From the sequence record DRR378314_223: DNA of 64,000 bases, one strand, 5' to 3'. Positions within the stretch are counted from its first letter, which is position 1; each line of letters begins with the position of its first letter. Below the pieces are notes generated by a model, which did no database searches, had not been told where the DNA came from, and worked only from the letters and a program-made list of their open reading frames with translations. A program made the translations under genes and the position numbers. This document shows positions 49,220-59,507 of the stretch, piece by piece.

Positions 49220-50704
49220 TCATTTGCCAATCTCATCAACCTTGTCCTGTTCTTCTTCTTTTTCAAGATGATAGCGGTCCAACTTACCACGCAAACCAAC
49301 CCGTGAAAGACCCAGCTCCCGCGACGCCTTGCTCTTGTTCCAGCGGTGGCGAATTAGGGATTCCCGCAATATCTTGATCTCGACCGCCTCAACACGCTCT
49401 TTGAGAGTGCGTGTCGTTGTTGTCACAAGAGACAGATCATCCTCCCTTTCTGGAGAGACTTCCATCAAGACCTTGGGCGACAACAGATCAGCGCCAAGGA
49501 AGTCGTGTTCTTTTCCCATGACCAACATACGCTCAATCTCGTTTTGAATCTCGCGCACGTTGCCCGGCCAAGCATAGCGTTTCATACAGGAAATGGCTTC
49601 GGCGCTAAAACCAGCGACCTCTTTGCCAATGTCAGTCATCGCCTGCTTCAGCAAAAAATTTGCCAACAAAGGTATGTCTTCGCGGCGGTCCCGCAGAGGG
49701 GGGATGCTCACGGTAACACCTGCCAGACGGAAATACAGATCTTTGCGAAACCGCCCCTCGCGCACTTCATTCTCAAGATTTTTGTAGGAGCTTACCAGCA
49801 GGCGAATGTCGGTTTTTTTGGTCTGGTTCGAACCAATTGGCCGAAACTCTCCATCCTGAACAACCCGCAGCAATTTAACCTGAAACGCCGGGGACAAATC
49901 ACAAACTTCATCAAGCAGGATCGTCCCGCCATAAGCGCGTTCAAACAGACCAGTTTGGTCCTGAACCGCGCCCGCGATCGCGCCCCTGCGGTGCCCGAAC
50001 AATTCGCTCTCCAACACGGCTTGCGGCACAGCACTGCATTTTTGAACCGCAAAAGATTTGTTCCAGCGCAATGAGTTATAGTGAATCGCGCGGGCCGCCA
50101 ATTCTTTGCCCGTCCCCGATTCTCCGGTGATCAACACCGAAAGGTCATAAGGTGCCACTTGGCTTAATGTATCGCAAATGGCATTCATCGGGCTGGATTT
50201 GCTGCGCACGATCCCGTCGTCAAAACTATATTGCTTGCGCAGTTTCTGCCGCCCATCGCTCATCTTCTTTTTGGCCGTGCGTTCGGAGAGGCGCAGTTCT
50301 ATTGCCAAAAGTTCGTTTTGACGTTGCAATTCGAACATCGACACCGCATTGCGCAGGGTCAAAATCAGCTTTTCCGGGTGCCAGGGTTTGGTGACGTAAT
50401 AATAAATCCCGGCCTCGTTCAGGCCGGAGATGATATCGCCCGCATCGGTATAACCAGAGATAATGATGCGGATGACATCAGGCCATTTTTCCCGCACCTC
50501 GGTCAGAAATTCCACGCCGGATTTATCGGGCATCCGCTGATCGCAAAGTATGATCTGGACCCAGTGATCGGCCAAGATCTGCTCTGCCTCCTTGGTGGTT
50601 TCAGCGATTTGAACATCGAACTCATCGGTCAGATTGCGTTCCAGCGCTTCCAAGGAGCGGACTTCATCATCTACAATCAAAATCGTGGGTTTGCTCTGGG
50701 TCAT
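49220..50704 (-). CDS. hoxA: NtrC-type hydrogenase response regulator (HoxA/HupR)
   Basis: Receiver CDQRMP; Walker A GESGTGKE; WPGNVRE; C-terminal HTH ELGLSRVGLR. Confidence 0.9.
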   Translation of the reverse strand: MTQSKPTILIVDDEVRSLEALERNLTDEFDVQIAETTKEAEQILADHWVQIILCDQRMPDKSGVEFLTEVREKWPDVIRIIISGYTDAGDIISGLNEAGIYYYVTKPWHPEKLILTLRNAVSMFELQRQNELLAIELRLSERTAKKKMSDGRQKLRKQYSFDDGIVRSKSSPMNAICDTLSQVAPYDLSVLITGESGTGKELAARAIHYNSLRWNKSFAVQKCSAVPQAVLESELFGHRRGAIAGAVQDQTGLFERAYGGTILLDEVCDLSPAFQVKLLRVVQDGEFRPIGSNQTKKTDIRLLVSSYKNLENEVREGRFRKDLYFRLAGVTVSIPPLRDRREDIPLLANFLLKQAMTDIGKEVAGFSAEAISCMKRYAWPGNVREIQNEIERMLVMGKEHDFLGADLLSPKVLMEVSPEREDDLSLVTTTTRTLKERVEAVEIKILRESLIRHRWNKSKASRELGLSRVGLRGKLDRYHLEKEEEQDKVDEIGK

Positions 50705-52413
50705 GATACTTTCCGCAATGCATGCTGGCAGGATTTGTCCCGATGCCGCGCCAATGTAACCGGCGTGCGCGATTTACAGACCTTGTGGACAAAATTGAAG
50801 CGAGCAATATGATACGATGTGTCAAAACCAAAAAAGTTACGTCGCATCTTTGCCAGTTCTTCCTCTCGGTATTCGGACAACGGCTTTCGTTGTTCATCAC
50901 TGTGCCGACAGGCGCGCTTTTGCGCAAGTTGATCCTCCAAATCTTCAGCGTTGGCCAATGCCAAAGCCCCCCCGGCTACTTCGTCCTCAAAGGCTTTTGG
51001 GGACCCTCCAAAACAAGCATCCGCAAGCCCCAGCTGCACCGCCTCCATTGTCCCCATCGGCAGGCGTTGCTGGGTGATCCGCCGGGCGCTTTCGGCACCG
51101 GCGTGGCGCGGTAACAGATATGTCCAGAACTCTGAGCCATAAAGGTTGCCCATATCCTTGTAGTGCGGGTTCAGAACGACGGACTGGCGCAGCCAGACTT
51201 GATCGCATGCCCGCGCCAGAAAAACGCCGCCTGCCCCCGAATTGCCGCGCATAGCAGCGACTGTCAGGTGGCTTTCGGTGCCGATGATCGCTTCGGCAAG
51301 ATCATCCATAGCATTGATATTGCGCCAACTTTCTTCTGCGGCGTTTTCAGAGGCTTCGATTTGGTTCAGGTGAATGCCATTGGACCAGAAATCACGACCT
51401 CCTTCCAGAACCAGCACTTTGGTTGGTCGTGTCAGCGCCATGCGGTAGGCCGCAAGTAACCTTTCGCATTGTTGCGTGGACATCGCACCATTGTAAAAAT
51501 CAAAGCCTAGATACCCGACCAAACCCGTTTCACGGTAGCTGATTTCGCGATAGCCAAACATGCTGTCCAGTGGCATGTCAGAAACATTGGGCAATTGTCC
51601 CGCCAATACCTGAGTTGCAGGCAGTTTGAAATTCACGTCCCCGCCTGCGCGGCGTAAATGACCGATCCAGACAGCCCCGTTCCGCGTGGCCCGACAGATT
51701 GCCGGACCGGATATCGCAAGAAAACTCCCCGGCACACCCGCAATACCTACAGCCTCGCGGACATCGTGCAAAAACACCGTTTCACCAGCTATTTCATCCC
51801 GTACGCCGGGCACCCCATCCGCGCTGCGAATTTTTCGTAACACAGTGTCAGTGTCATCAGCGGACCAGTCAACTTGACGGTCACGCTGCATCATGGCGGG
51901 CCGCAACTGCCCGCGGATATTCGGATCCGCAATATTCAACTGTCGCGGTTCATAATCCGGGTCCTTCAGATGGCTCAGCGCGCGGCGCACTGCGCAAAGG
52001 GCAGCATCGGTCACCTCAGTGCGATAGAGGCTGGACTTGCTCGCCGGGCGCATTTTGAATGCAGCCGTTGCCCAGATCGGCCCGGCGTCCATTTCGGCTT
52101 CGGCCTGCAAAACCGTGACACCCCACTCCCGTTCGCCGTTCAGGATCGCCCAATCCAGTGCCGATGGGCCTCGGTCGCCCATGATACCGGGATGCACAAT
52201 CAGGCACAGGTGGTTCTGCCAGATCTGCGCCGGGATGGCGCGTTTTAGAAATGGCGCCAGCACAACATCGGGTTCGAACAGCGCCACAGCCTCGGTTAAC
52301 GTGTCATCGTTAATGTCGAATTCTACCGAAACGGCATGGCCGTCGGCCTGTAACTCGACGAACAGCCGCTGGGATAGTGAATTGAAACCATGGACCAACA
52401 GCAGGATGCGCAT
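50701..52413 (-). CDS. hypX: Hydrogenase maturation protein HypX/HoxX (CO ligand synthesis)
   Basis: N-terminal formyltransferase (HPGIMGDRGPSALDWA) plus crotonase domain (FYNGAMST, WSNGIHLN, YGSEFWTY). Confidence 0.93.
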   Translation of the reverse strand: MRILLLVHGFNSLSQRLFVELQADGHAVSVEFDINDDTLTEAVALFEPDVVLAPFLKRAIPAQIWQNHLCLIVHPGIMGDRGPSALDWAILNGEREWGVTVLQAEAEMDAGPIWATAAFKMRPASKSSLYRTEVTDAALCAVRRALSHLKDPDYEPRQLNIADPNIRGQLRPAMMQRDRQVDWSADDTDTVLRKIRSADGVPGVRDEIAGETVFLHDVREAVGIAGVPGSFLAISGPAICRATRNGAVWIGHLRRAGGDVNFKLPATQVLAGQLPNVSDMPLDSMFGYREISYRETGLVGYLGFDFYNGAMSTQQCERLLAAYRMALTRPTKVLVLEGGRDFWSNGIHLNQIEASENAAEESWRNINAMDDLAEAIIGTESHLTVAAMRGNSGAGGVFLARACDQVWLRQSVVLNPHYKDMGNLYGSEFWTYLLPRHAGAESARRITQQRLPMGTMEAVQLGLADACFGGSPKAFEDEVAGGALALANAEDLEDQLAQKRACRHSDEQRKPLSEYREEELAKMRRNFFGFDTSYHIARFNFVHKVCKSRTPVTLARHRDKSCQHALRKVS

Positions 52414-53135
52414 CAGGTCACTCCGGCAAAAACAACCGGAAGGGTTTCCATCAAGATTGTTACCCCAACCATAACAGCCGCAGCGGCCAAACCGCCCTGC
52501 ACCAAACGATAGAACCAGCCCGCCGAGCCTTCGGCCCGCCTGAGCGGCCAGCTTGCAGCAAGTGTCAACAGGGCCATGCCAGCGGTGGACCCAAGCCCAA
52601 ATACGAGAACATAGAGCAGCGTGATGGATAGGCTTTGCGTCGTCGCCGTGGCCAGAGCAACCAACCCGGCTGACCCTGCCGCGCCATGGGCAAGCCCGAC
52701 AAGATATGATCGGCCCGAAAACAGCCGGGCGTGTTTATGGTGGTGGGGGTCATCGTCATGTATGGCCTGCGCATCCTTATGGCTGTGCGCATGAAAATGC
52801 CGTGTGCCATCTGCATGTTCATGAAGATGAAAATGCACCTTCTGACGGTAGAGCTTCACAACAACGCCGACGCCAAGTGCGATGAGCATACCCCCAACAG
52901 CGCTTTCCAGACCCGCCTCAACCCGGGTGCCCAACACTAGCCCAAATAGAACCACGGGCAGGCAAAGGGCCAAAAGCGTGGTCGTGTGACCCAACCCCCA
53001 GGAGGCTCCCAGCCACGCCAGACGGCGGCTGTTACTGCCGCCTTTTGCCGCCAATGTCCCAACGGCTGCCAGATGATCGGCCTCCAGCGCATGGGCCATT
53101 CCGACCAACAGTCCAAGAAGCAAAAAACTCAGCAT
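52413..53135 (-). CDS. UreH/NiCoT-related nickel permease
   Basis: HALEADH, WGLGHT, a His-rich loop and GLAHGAAGSA; about 6 TM helices. Confidence 0.8.
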   Translation of the reverse strand: MLSFLLLGLLVGMAHALEADHLAAVGTLAAKGGSNSRRLAWLGASWGLGHTTTLLALCLPVVLFGLVLGTRVEAGLESAVGGMLIALGVGVVVKLYRQKVHFHLHEHADGTRHFHAHSHKDAQAIHDDDPHHHKHARLFSGRSYLVGLAHGAAGSAGLVALATATTQSLSITLLYVLVFGLGSTAGMALLTLAASWPLRRAEGSAGWFYRLVQGGLAAAAVMVGVTILMETLPVVFAGVT

Positions 53136-53144
53136 CCAAACCTC

Positions 53145-54194
53145 CTAACAGATCCGTGGCAATTGTTCGCCCGCCAGCCAATCGACGATCCGGGTGCCGC
53201 CAAAGCCGGTTTCCATGGTGACAAAACCCATGTCATCCTCGACCACTGCACCGATGATCGCGGCGTCCCGGCCTTGTTCATGGGCCTGCATCACGCGCAA
53301 AAGGCTTTGCGCCTGATCGGGAGGGCAAATGGCTACCAGCTTGCCTTCGTTTGCGACATAAAGCGGGTCCAATCCCAGTAATTCGCAGGCTGCATCGACC
53401 TCGCCACGCAGCGGAATTTCCTCTTCGTTTAACTTCATGCCAACACGGGATTGATGAGCGATTTCATTCAGCGTCGCCGCCAGACCGCCGCGTGTTGGAT
53501 CACGCAGGCAGCGAATTTCGGGAACCGCCGCAACCATTTCGGCGACCAGCCCATGCAAGGCTGCGCTGTCGGAAACGATCTGAGTTTCAAAGGCCAGATT
53601 CTCGCGGCTCGACATGATCGCAACACCATGATCGCCGATATATCCACTGACCAGAATCATGTCACCGGGCCGGGCATTTGTGCCGGATATATCCAAGCCG
53701 TCAGGCACCACACCGACGCCGGTGGTGGTGATGAACACGCCGTCACCCTTGCCGCGTTCGACCACTTTGGTATCGCCGGTGACAACTGGTACGCCTGCAT
53801 CGCGCGCGGCCTTGGCCATCGAGGTGACGATCCGTTCCAGATCAGCCAGTGGAAAACCCTCTTCGAGGATGAATCCCGCAGACAGATAGAGCGGTTTTGC
53901 CCCGGACATCGCCACGTCGTTGATGGTGCCATGCACCGACAGGCTGCCGATATCGCCGCCGGGGAAAAACAGCGGTGACACCACATGGCCATCGGTGCTG
54001 ATCACCAGCCGTCCGGCAGGCGGGGTGAATAGTGCCTGATCATTGCCCTGACGCAAAAGATCATTGTCAAAATGTTTGACGAAGAGTTCCTCGATCAACT
54101 GCGCCATCGCCCGCCCGCCCGAGCCATGGGTCATATCGACCTGCCCGCGCCGGAAATTGATCCGCGAAGGGAAGCGTTTTTCCATCACATTCAT
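53145..54194 (-). CDS. hypE: Carbamoyl dehydratase
   Basis: HGSGG, GDTKVVE, DPTRGG and C-terminal LPRIC; ATG 54194 overlaps the hypD stop. Confidence 0.95.
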   Translation of the reverse strand: MNVMEKRFPSRINFRRGQVDMTHGSGGRAMAQLIEELFVKHFDNDLLRQGNDQALFTPPAGRLVISTDGHVVSPLFFPGGDIGSLSVHGTINDVAMSGAKPLYLSAGFILEEGFPLADLERIVTSMAKAARDAGVPVVTGDTKVVERGKGDGVFITTTGVGVVPDGLDISGTNARPGDMILVSGYIGDHGVAIMSSRENLAFETQIVSDSAALHGLVAEMVAAVPEIRCLRDPTRGGLAATLNEIAHQSRVGMKLNEEEIPLRGEVDAACELLGLDPLYVANEGKLVAICPPDQAQSLLRVMQAHEQGRDAAIIGAVVEDDMGFVTMETGFGGTRIVDWLAGEQLPRIC

Positions 54195-55336
54195 TCTGCC
54201 GCCTCCTTGACCCGGTCCATACGGAACCGGCCAAAGCTCCAATAAGCCGCACAGGAGCCTTCCGAGGACACCATGCAGGAACCTTGTGGATTGTCTGGCG
54301 TACAGACCGTGCCAAAGAGCTTGCAATCGGTTGGCTTCTTGACCCCGCGCAGGATCGCTGGGCATTCGCAGCCCTTCACATCCGTTCCGGTGCTTTTGGT
54401 CACTGCAAAGCGTTTTTCAGCATCCCAATCGGCGTATTTTTCGGATATCCTGAGCGCGCTATAGGGCACCTCACCCAGACCACGCCATTCAAAGGACCGG
54501 CGCAGTTCAAAAACATCCGCCATCAGGTCCTTGGCCACCTCATTACCTTCGGGTGTAACCACGCGGGTATATTCATTTTCGACTTCGAACCGGCCCTCAT
54601 TAACCTGACGGATCAGCATCAGCGTCGATTGCATGACGTCCAGAGGTTCAAACCCGGCAATCACCACCGGTTTCTGGAACTCTTCGGCAAAGAAATCATA
54701 AGGCGCACTGCCGATGATCGAGCTGACATGGCTCGGTCCCAGAAACCCATCAATTGAAACCTGCCCTAGCTCGCGGACCTCGGGCGATTGTAGGATGTGC
54801 TGGATCGCCGATGGGGTCAGGACGTGATTGCAGAAGACGCTGAAGTTCATCAGACCCTCGGCGGCTGCCTGTTTGATGGCGACAGCGGTGGGCGGGGTCG
54901 TTGTCTCAAACCCGATGGCAAAGAACACCACCTCACGGTCGGGGTTTTCGCGGGCGATCTTCATCGCATCCTGGGTCGAATAGACCATGCGAATGTCAGA
55001 ACCCGCGGCCTTGGCTTTGATCAGGCTGTTCTTCTTGCTGGCCGGTACTCGCATCATATCGCCATAGGTGCAGACAATCGCGCCATGACGATCCGCCAAT
55101 TCAATCGCCATATCAATGCGCGGGATTGGCAAGACGCAGACCGGGCAGCCGGGGCCATGCACGAAAGTCACATTGTCCGGCATCAGATCCTGCACGCCAT
55201 AGCGGAAAATTGCATGGGTATGACCGCCGCAAAACTCCATAAAATGATAGGTCCGAGCAGGGTCGGCCTCACGGATTATATCATCAGCGAGCTTGCGGGC
55301 GATATCTCTTTGGCGGAACTCATCTACATATTTCAT
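54191..55336 (-). CDS. hypD: Hydrogenase maturation scaffold
   Basis: CGGHTH, GPGCPVC, GFETT, PSHVS and a C-terminal Cys cluster. Confidence 0.96.
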   Translation of the reverse strand: MKYVDEFRQRDIARKLADDIIREADPARTYHFMEFCGGHTHAIFRYGVQDLMPDNVTFVHGPGCPVCVLPIPRIDMAIELADRHGAIVCTYGDMMRVPASKKNSLIKAKAAGSDIRMVYSTQDAMKIARENPDREVVFFAIGFETTTPPTAVAIKQAAAEGLMNFSVFCNHVLTPSAIQHILQSPEVRELGQVSIDGFLGPSHVSSIIGSAPYDFFAEEFQKPVVIAGFEPLDVMQSTLMLIRQVNEGRFEVENEYTRVVTPEGNEVAKDLMADVFELRRSFEWRGLGEVPYSALRISEKYADWDAEKRFAVTKSTGTDVKGCECPAILRGVKKPTDCKLFGTVCTPDNPQGSCMVSSEGSCAAYWSFGRFRMDRVKEAAE

Positions 55337-55560
55337 AAGGACACCTCGGCCAGTTCCGCCATCAGCGCCAGCGTGCGCTGTGCCTCTTCAGGGCTGATCT
55401 TGTTGAGTGCATAGCCGACATGGACCAGCACGAAATCGCCCAGTTCCACATCGGTGAGCAGCGCCAGCGAGATGTCCTTGCGAACACCTTCCAGCGATAC
55501 GGTTGCGGTTTGCTGATCATCGGTGATCGCGACGACTTCAGCTGGAATTGCGAGACACAT
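55333..55560 (-). CDS. hypC: Hydrogenase chaperone
   Basis: MCLAIPA...VLVHVGYA. Confidence 0.95.
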   Translation of the reverse strand: MCLAIPAEVVAITDDQQTATVSLEGVRKDISLALLTDVELGDFVLVHVGYALNKISPEEAQRTLALMAELAEVSL

Positions 55561-55562
55561 GG

Positions 55563-56420
55563 CTACCTCCCTGCCGATATTTTCGGTGCGCGCCCGATCT
55601 GGAAGATCTGGCGGCTGGAGCGCACCCAGTTCAGCCAATCCTCCATGCCCTCACCGGATTTTGCCGACACCAACAGCGTCTTGATCCGCGGGTTCACACG
55701 ACGGGCATAGTCGAGGCATTTATCCACGTCGAAATCGAGATGCGGCAACAGATCGGTCTTGGTGAGCAGCATCACATCCGAGGCGTGGAACATGTCCGGG
55801 TATTTGATCGGCTTATCCTCCCCTTCGGTCACCGACAGGATCACAACCTTATGCGCCTCACCCAGATCGAACGCTGCAGGACAGACCAGATTGCCGACAT
55901 TCTCGATGAAAAGAACGCCCTCTGCCCCGATATCGAGATGTTCCAGCGCGTGGCCGACCATGTGACCATCCAGATGACAGCCCTTGCCGGTGTTGACCTG
56001 AATAGCCGGAACGCCGGTTTCGCGAATACGTTCGGCGTCATTGGCTGTTTGCTGGTCGCCTTCGATGACAGCTATACCCAACTCGCCCTGCAAGCGCTTT
56101 ATCGTCTGGGTCAAGAGCGTCGTCTTGCCTGATCCGGGGCTCGACACAAGATTGAGCGCCAGCGTGCCATTGTCCTGAAACACCCGACGGTTGGCAGCGG
56201 CGTATTCGTTGTTCTTGGCGAGAATATCGGTTTCGATCTGCACCATCCGCGACTGGCTGAGACCCGGCGCATGGGCATGGGCAGGCCCGTGGCCATAATG
56301 GTGCGTACCGGGTTCATCTTCAGTGTGATGGTGGTGGTGGTCACCGCCATCTGCATGGGAATGGTTTTCCCCCCCTTCGATTTTCACCTCACCTTCGGAA
56401 CATCCGCAAACAGTACACAT
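55563..56420 (-). CDS. hypB: Nickel-insertion GTPase
   Basis: MCTVCGC, His-rich linker, [13 protein letters not shown] and ENVGNLVCP. Confidence 0.96.
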   Translation of the reverse strand: MCTVCGCSEGEVKIEGGENHSHADGGDHHHHHTEDEPGTHHYGHGPAHAHAPGLSQSRMVQIETDILAKNNEYAAANRRVFQDNGTLALNLVSSPGSGKTTLLTQTIKRLQGELGIAVIEGDQQTANDAERIRETGVPAIQVNTGKGCHLDGHMVGHALEHLDIGAEGVLFIENVGNLVCPAAFDLGEAHKVVILSVTEGEDKPIKYPDMFHASDVMLLTKTDLLPHLDFDVDKCLDYARRVNPRIKTLLVSAKSGEGMEDWLNWVRSSRQIFQIGRAPKISAGR

Positions 56421-56761
56421 TAATCCACCTCCATATCTTTTATCCTCAGCTCTTCGCCGCCGGTTATCTGTATCTGATAGCTCCCACAGTCCGGGCAGGC
56501 ATCGAAACGCTCTCTGACTTCAACCGATCCGGCACATGGCATGCACCAGCCGGTCACCGGCAGTTCGATCACATCAAGCTCGGATCCCGCCGCGATGCCG
56601 CCACGCGTCACAACATCAAAGCTGAATCGCAGTGCCTCCAACTCGACCCCGGCAAGCGGTCCGATTTCAAGCCGTACCCGGCGCACTCTGGTAAACGATT
56701 GTGCGACAGCCTGTTGTTCGATGACCGAAACGATGCTTTCACAGATTGACATCTCATGCAT
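56420..56761 (-). CDS. hypA: Nickel metallochaperone
   Basis: MHEMSI, two CxxC motifs and GEEL. Confidence 0.95.
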   Translation of the reverse strand: MHEMSICESIVSVIEQQAVAQSFTRVRRVRLEIGPLAGVELEALRFSFDVVTRGGIAAGSELDVIELPVTGWCMPCAGSVEVRERFDACPDCGSYQIQITGGEELRIKDMEVD

Positions 56762-57813
56762 CAGGCAACCCTCACTTCGAAATCGACACAAGGATCGATA
56801 GCCTGAACCAGCACGCCTGCCTTTTCGGCCCAATCTGGCCCTTGAGGCAGTGCTCCAAGCGCCTGAACCGCTGCACCTTCTGGGTGAAAGTTCCACTCGG
56901 TCGGTGCAAGAATACGATAGTCGACAATTGCGCCGCCCTGTAATTTGGCGGCATGGATCAGCCGACCGCGCGCGGTTTCGACGATACCGAACCCCGGCCC
57001 GCCTGCGGATATTGCTGTTGTCTGCCGCATTTGAGCCGGGATCTTGGCCAGATCGATCAGCCGCGCAACCAGCCGCGCCAGCAATCCGGTGCCATACTTT
57101 GAAATCAGTGCAGCCACCAAAGGGTGCGCATGCTGGCGCGTAAGCGGTCCGGTTTCACGGGGTTGGCCCAGCCAATCCGGGGCCTGAGTGTAGGACGGCT
57201 CTAACAACCGGGCAGTCAGCAGATGCGGCGACAAGTCTGGCAGGTAATGCGTTGGGGCAGCCCCCAAGTCGTGCCAGCCATTGCGGCATACCGTGGCTAT
57301 GAACTTCGCTGCAGCAGATTGGCTTTGCGCAATCCAGCCTTGGAACGACGTTGCGGTGCTGAGTTCCAGAAACTCCTCAGGGGCAGAGCCAAACACGCAG
57401 GTTGCCAGAAGCTCTGATAATTGGCCTGCCGCAATTCGTTCTGCCATTTCATCGCCCGCCGCAGCTTTCATACCGACCACAAGCGCTGCCAAGTCGTGCA
57501 GCGGCATATCATTGACCACCTCATCAACCCGCCAGCCAAGCGCTATACGCAACAAATGTTCACGCGCGTTTTCGGCCAGCACGGCCAGAGCGAGAGTGCG
57601 CGCTTCGGCCTTGCTGCCCGGATGTGCAAGCGCCTGACGCGCCGCTGCAACATGGGCCTGACCGCAGAGCGAAAATATCATTGGCAACAGAGTCAAAGCT
57701 TCATCCGGGTGCCGCCCCGTCAACAGCTTTCCGACATCCACCCTGCGGTTAGACCGCAACTGGACCGTCCCATCCTGCCCCAGATCAATGGTTATCTTGC
57801 CTTCCGAAATCAT
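56761..57813 (-). CDS. hupK: HupK/HoxV cofactor scaffold
   Basis: FSLCGQAH, ETARGRLIH, APTEWNFHP and DPCV. Confidence 0.9.
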   Translation of the reverse strand: MISEGKITIDLGQDGTVQLRSNRRVDVGKLLTGRHPDEALTLLPMIFSLCGQAHVAAARQALAHPGSKAEARTLALAVLAENAREHLLRIALGWRVDEVVNDMPLHDLAALVVGMKAAAGDEMAERIAAGQLSELLATCVFGSAPEEFLELSTATSFQGWIAQSQSAAAKFIATVCRNGWHDLGAAPTHYLPDLSPHLLTARLLEPSYTQAPDWLGQPRETGPLTRQHAHPLVAALISKYGTGLLARLVARLIDLAKIPAQMRQTTAISAGGPGFGIVETARGRLIHAAKLQGGAIVDYRILAPTEWNFHPEGAAVQALGALPQGPDWAEKAGVLVQAIDPCVDFEVRVA

Positions 57814-58394
57814 GGCTGAGCATCCGTGGTTTCCTGTTCCGGCCCCCGCCCGCCACGCAGGAAATCGCGGCGATTGACCTCTTTAGGGACGTTCGAGGCT
57901 GGGGCATCTGGTTCTACCGGATCAGGCTTGGGCAGGCGCCCAGCCCAAATCCCGCGCATATCGGCATCCTCAGCCTCGTCATCATTGGCAGGCTTCAACA
58001 CCTCGGCCAAAGCTGCCTCTGCCGTTTCCACCGCCGCTGCCTGATCCTCAAACTCAAAGACCGGAGAGAACAGCGAGCATGACAAGGAATGGCCAAACCC
58101 TTCCTCATAGCCAACAATGAATTCAACATGGCCCGCAGGCAGCGCGATCTGAATCTTTTCACCAACGCTTGGCGCTGTGGGCAGAAAGGCATCCTGCTCC
58201 TGCGGCACCAATATCAGGTTCATAAACCATGGTGTCAGCAGCACACCAAGGTGGTAATCCTGCCATGGTTCAAACCCGAAAGCAGCGACCGAAAGGGCCG
58301 CGTTCAGGATTGGCACGCCTTCCATGCGGGTCTCTTCGATCTCGGTATAAAGATCGTGCAATCGGTCCCGGATATATGCGCCGCTATCCTGCAT
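57810..58394 (-). CDS. hupJ: HupJ/HoxT/HybE-family chaperone (no fused rubredoxin)
   Basis: MEGVPILN, LLTPWFMNL and SCSLFSP. Confidence 0.85.
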   Translation of the reverse strand: MQDSGAYIRDRLHDLYTEIEETRMEGVPILNAALSVAAFGFEPWQDYHLGVLLTPWFMNLILVPQEQDAFLPTAPSVGEKIQIALPAGHVEFIVGYEEGFGHSLSCSLFSPVFEFEDQAAAVETAEAALAEVLKPANDDEAEDADMRGIWAGRLPKPDPVEPDAPASNVPKEVNRRDFLRGGRGPEQETTDAQP

Positions 58395-58627
58395 CAGGTG
58401 TCGACCACCATGAAATCTTCACGCCTGCCATCGCAATTTGGGCAGGACCAATGGTCCGGCAATTGCGCAAAAGGGGTGCCTGGCGCAATCTGCCAATATT
58501 CATCACCTTCTGCCGGCTCGTATTGCCACCAGCAAATCTTGCATTCTAGCACAGAGGTGTCCTCAAGCTTGGAAATGTCCCCCCCAAAGGACCCGCCTGA
58601 AAACCCTGCTGTTGGTGCGATGGTCAT
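58394..58627 (-). CDS. hupI: Rubredoxin (HupI/HoxR)
   Basis: CKICWWQYEP...PGTPF...WSCPNC. Confidence 0.9.
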   Translation of the reverse strand: MTIAPTAGFSGGSFGGDISKLEDTSVLECKICWWQYEPAEGDEYWQIAPGTPFAQLPDHWSCPNCDGRREDFMVVDT

Positions 58628-59478
58628 TTGTAGATCTCCATGATTTCCGCCAACCGTTCAGCACTGTCGTCAATGTCTTCCTGCGCCGCGCAAACAACTT
58701 CAGGGACATTGATGATCTCGATTGAATTCAAGATGACAGTGTCCTGCGCGTTGTAATATTGAACCCACCATACGTTTTTGGTCTGGGTGGACGACACCCG
58801 ACAATTCCCATACCCGCGTGACAATACAATTGTGCTGCCTACGCCCAGCTTGTCAGCCAGGTATTTCAGGTCTTCCTCGGTATGGGGCAGCAGGCTGAGA
58901 TTAATCGAATGCGCGCCATCACCGGGTTTGTAATCTGCAACACGCTCGGCAATCTCAGACAACAGCGACGGCGCATTGAAAACTGAAGGCGGCAGCGGAT
59001 CCTCGGCCAAAGCACATCTCGTTGCGGCATTTACAAAAACTTGATCACGCACCGCATCGGGCCATTCGGCAACCTCGATCGTGTCACGCTTGATTACGCC
59101 CTTGGCGTCAAAGTGCAAAACCCGCCAGACACCGGCAAAAACCGCTTCCTGAACCTGAATGTTTACACCGCTGACCATTGAAACCTCACCTTCACCAAGG
59201 ATTTGGTTCACCAGACCCAGATCCGCCGGTTCCAGATCCCCAAGTTCCAATACGAAAGCGGGCTTACCAACCTTGTAAGCGGCCAATCCGGCAGCCAGTT
59301 CGTTCAGCTTTGCTTTGCCTGCTTCCATGCCTTCGGTATCTTCAGGCTCTGGGGCAATCGGTAAATCGAACGTCGCCATCTCTCGTGGCATTTCCATATA
59401 GTCGAGCGCCTGCCCATCCGGTTCTGTAGGCTGCGTCCCCGGACCTGTGGCACCCGGTATGGTGAATTCAGTAGACAT
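58624..59478 (-). CDS. hupH: HupH/HoxQ/HyaF small-subunit chaperone
   Basis: GPGTQP, LGEGEV, INLSLLP and SRGYGNC. Confidence 0.9.
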   Translation of the reverse strand: MSTEFTIPGATGPGTQPTEPDGQALDYMEMPREMATFDLPIAPEPEDTEGMEAGKAKLNELAAGLAAYKVGKPAFVLELGDLEPADLGLVNQILGEGEVSMVSGVNIQVQEAVFAGVWRVLHFDAKGVIKRDTIEVAEWPDAVRDQVFVNAATRCALAEDPLPPSVFNAPSLLSEIAERVADYKPGDGAHSINLSLLPHTEEDLKYLADKLGVGSTIVLSRGYGNCRVSSTQTKNVWWVQYYNAQDTVILNSIEIINVPEVVCAAQEDIDDSAERLAEIMEIYK

Positions 59479-59507
59479 CAGTGGACCTCACATCAATTGG
59501 TTTCGGA

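Noticed and set aside
56270..56365. Short tgg/atg repeats as a repeat array
   Set aside because: They simply encode the His-rich linker of HypB.
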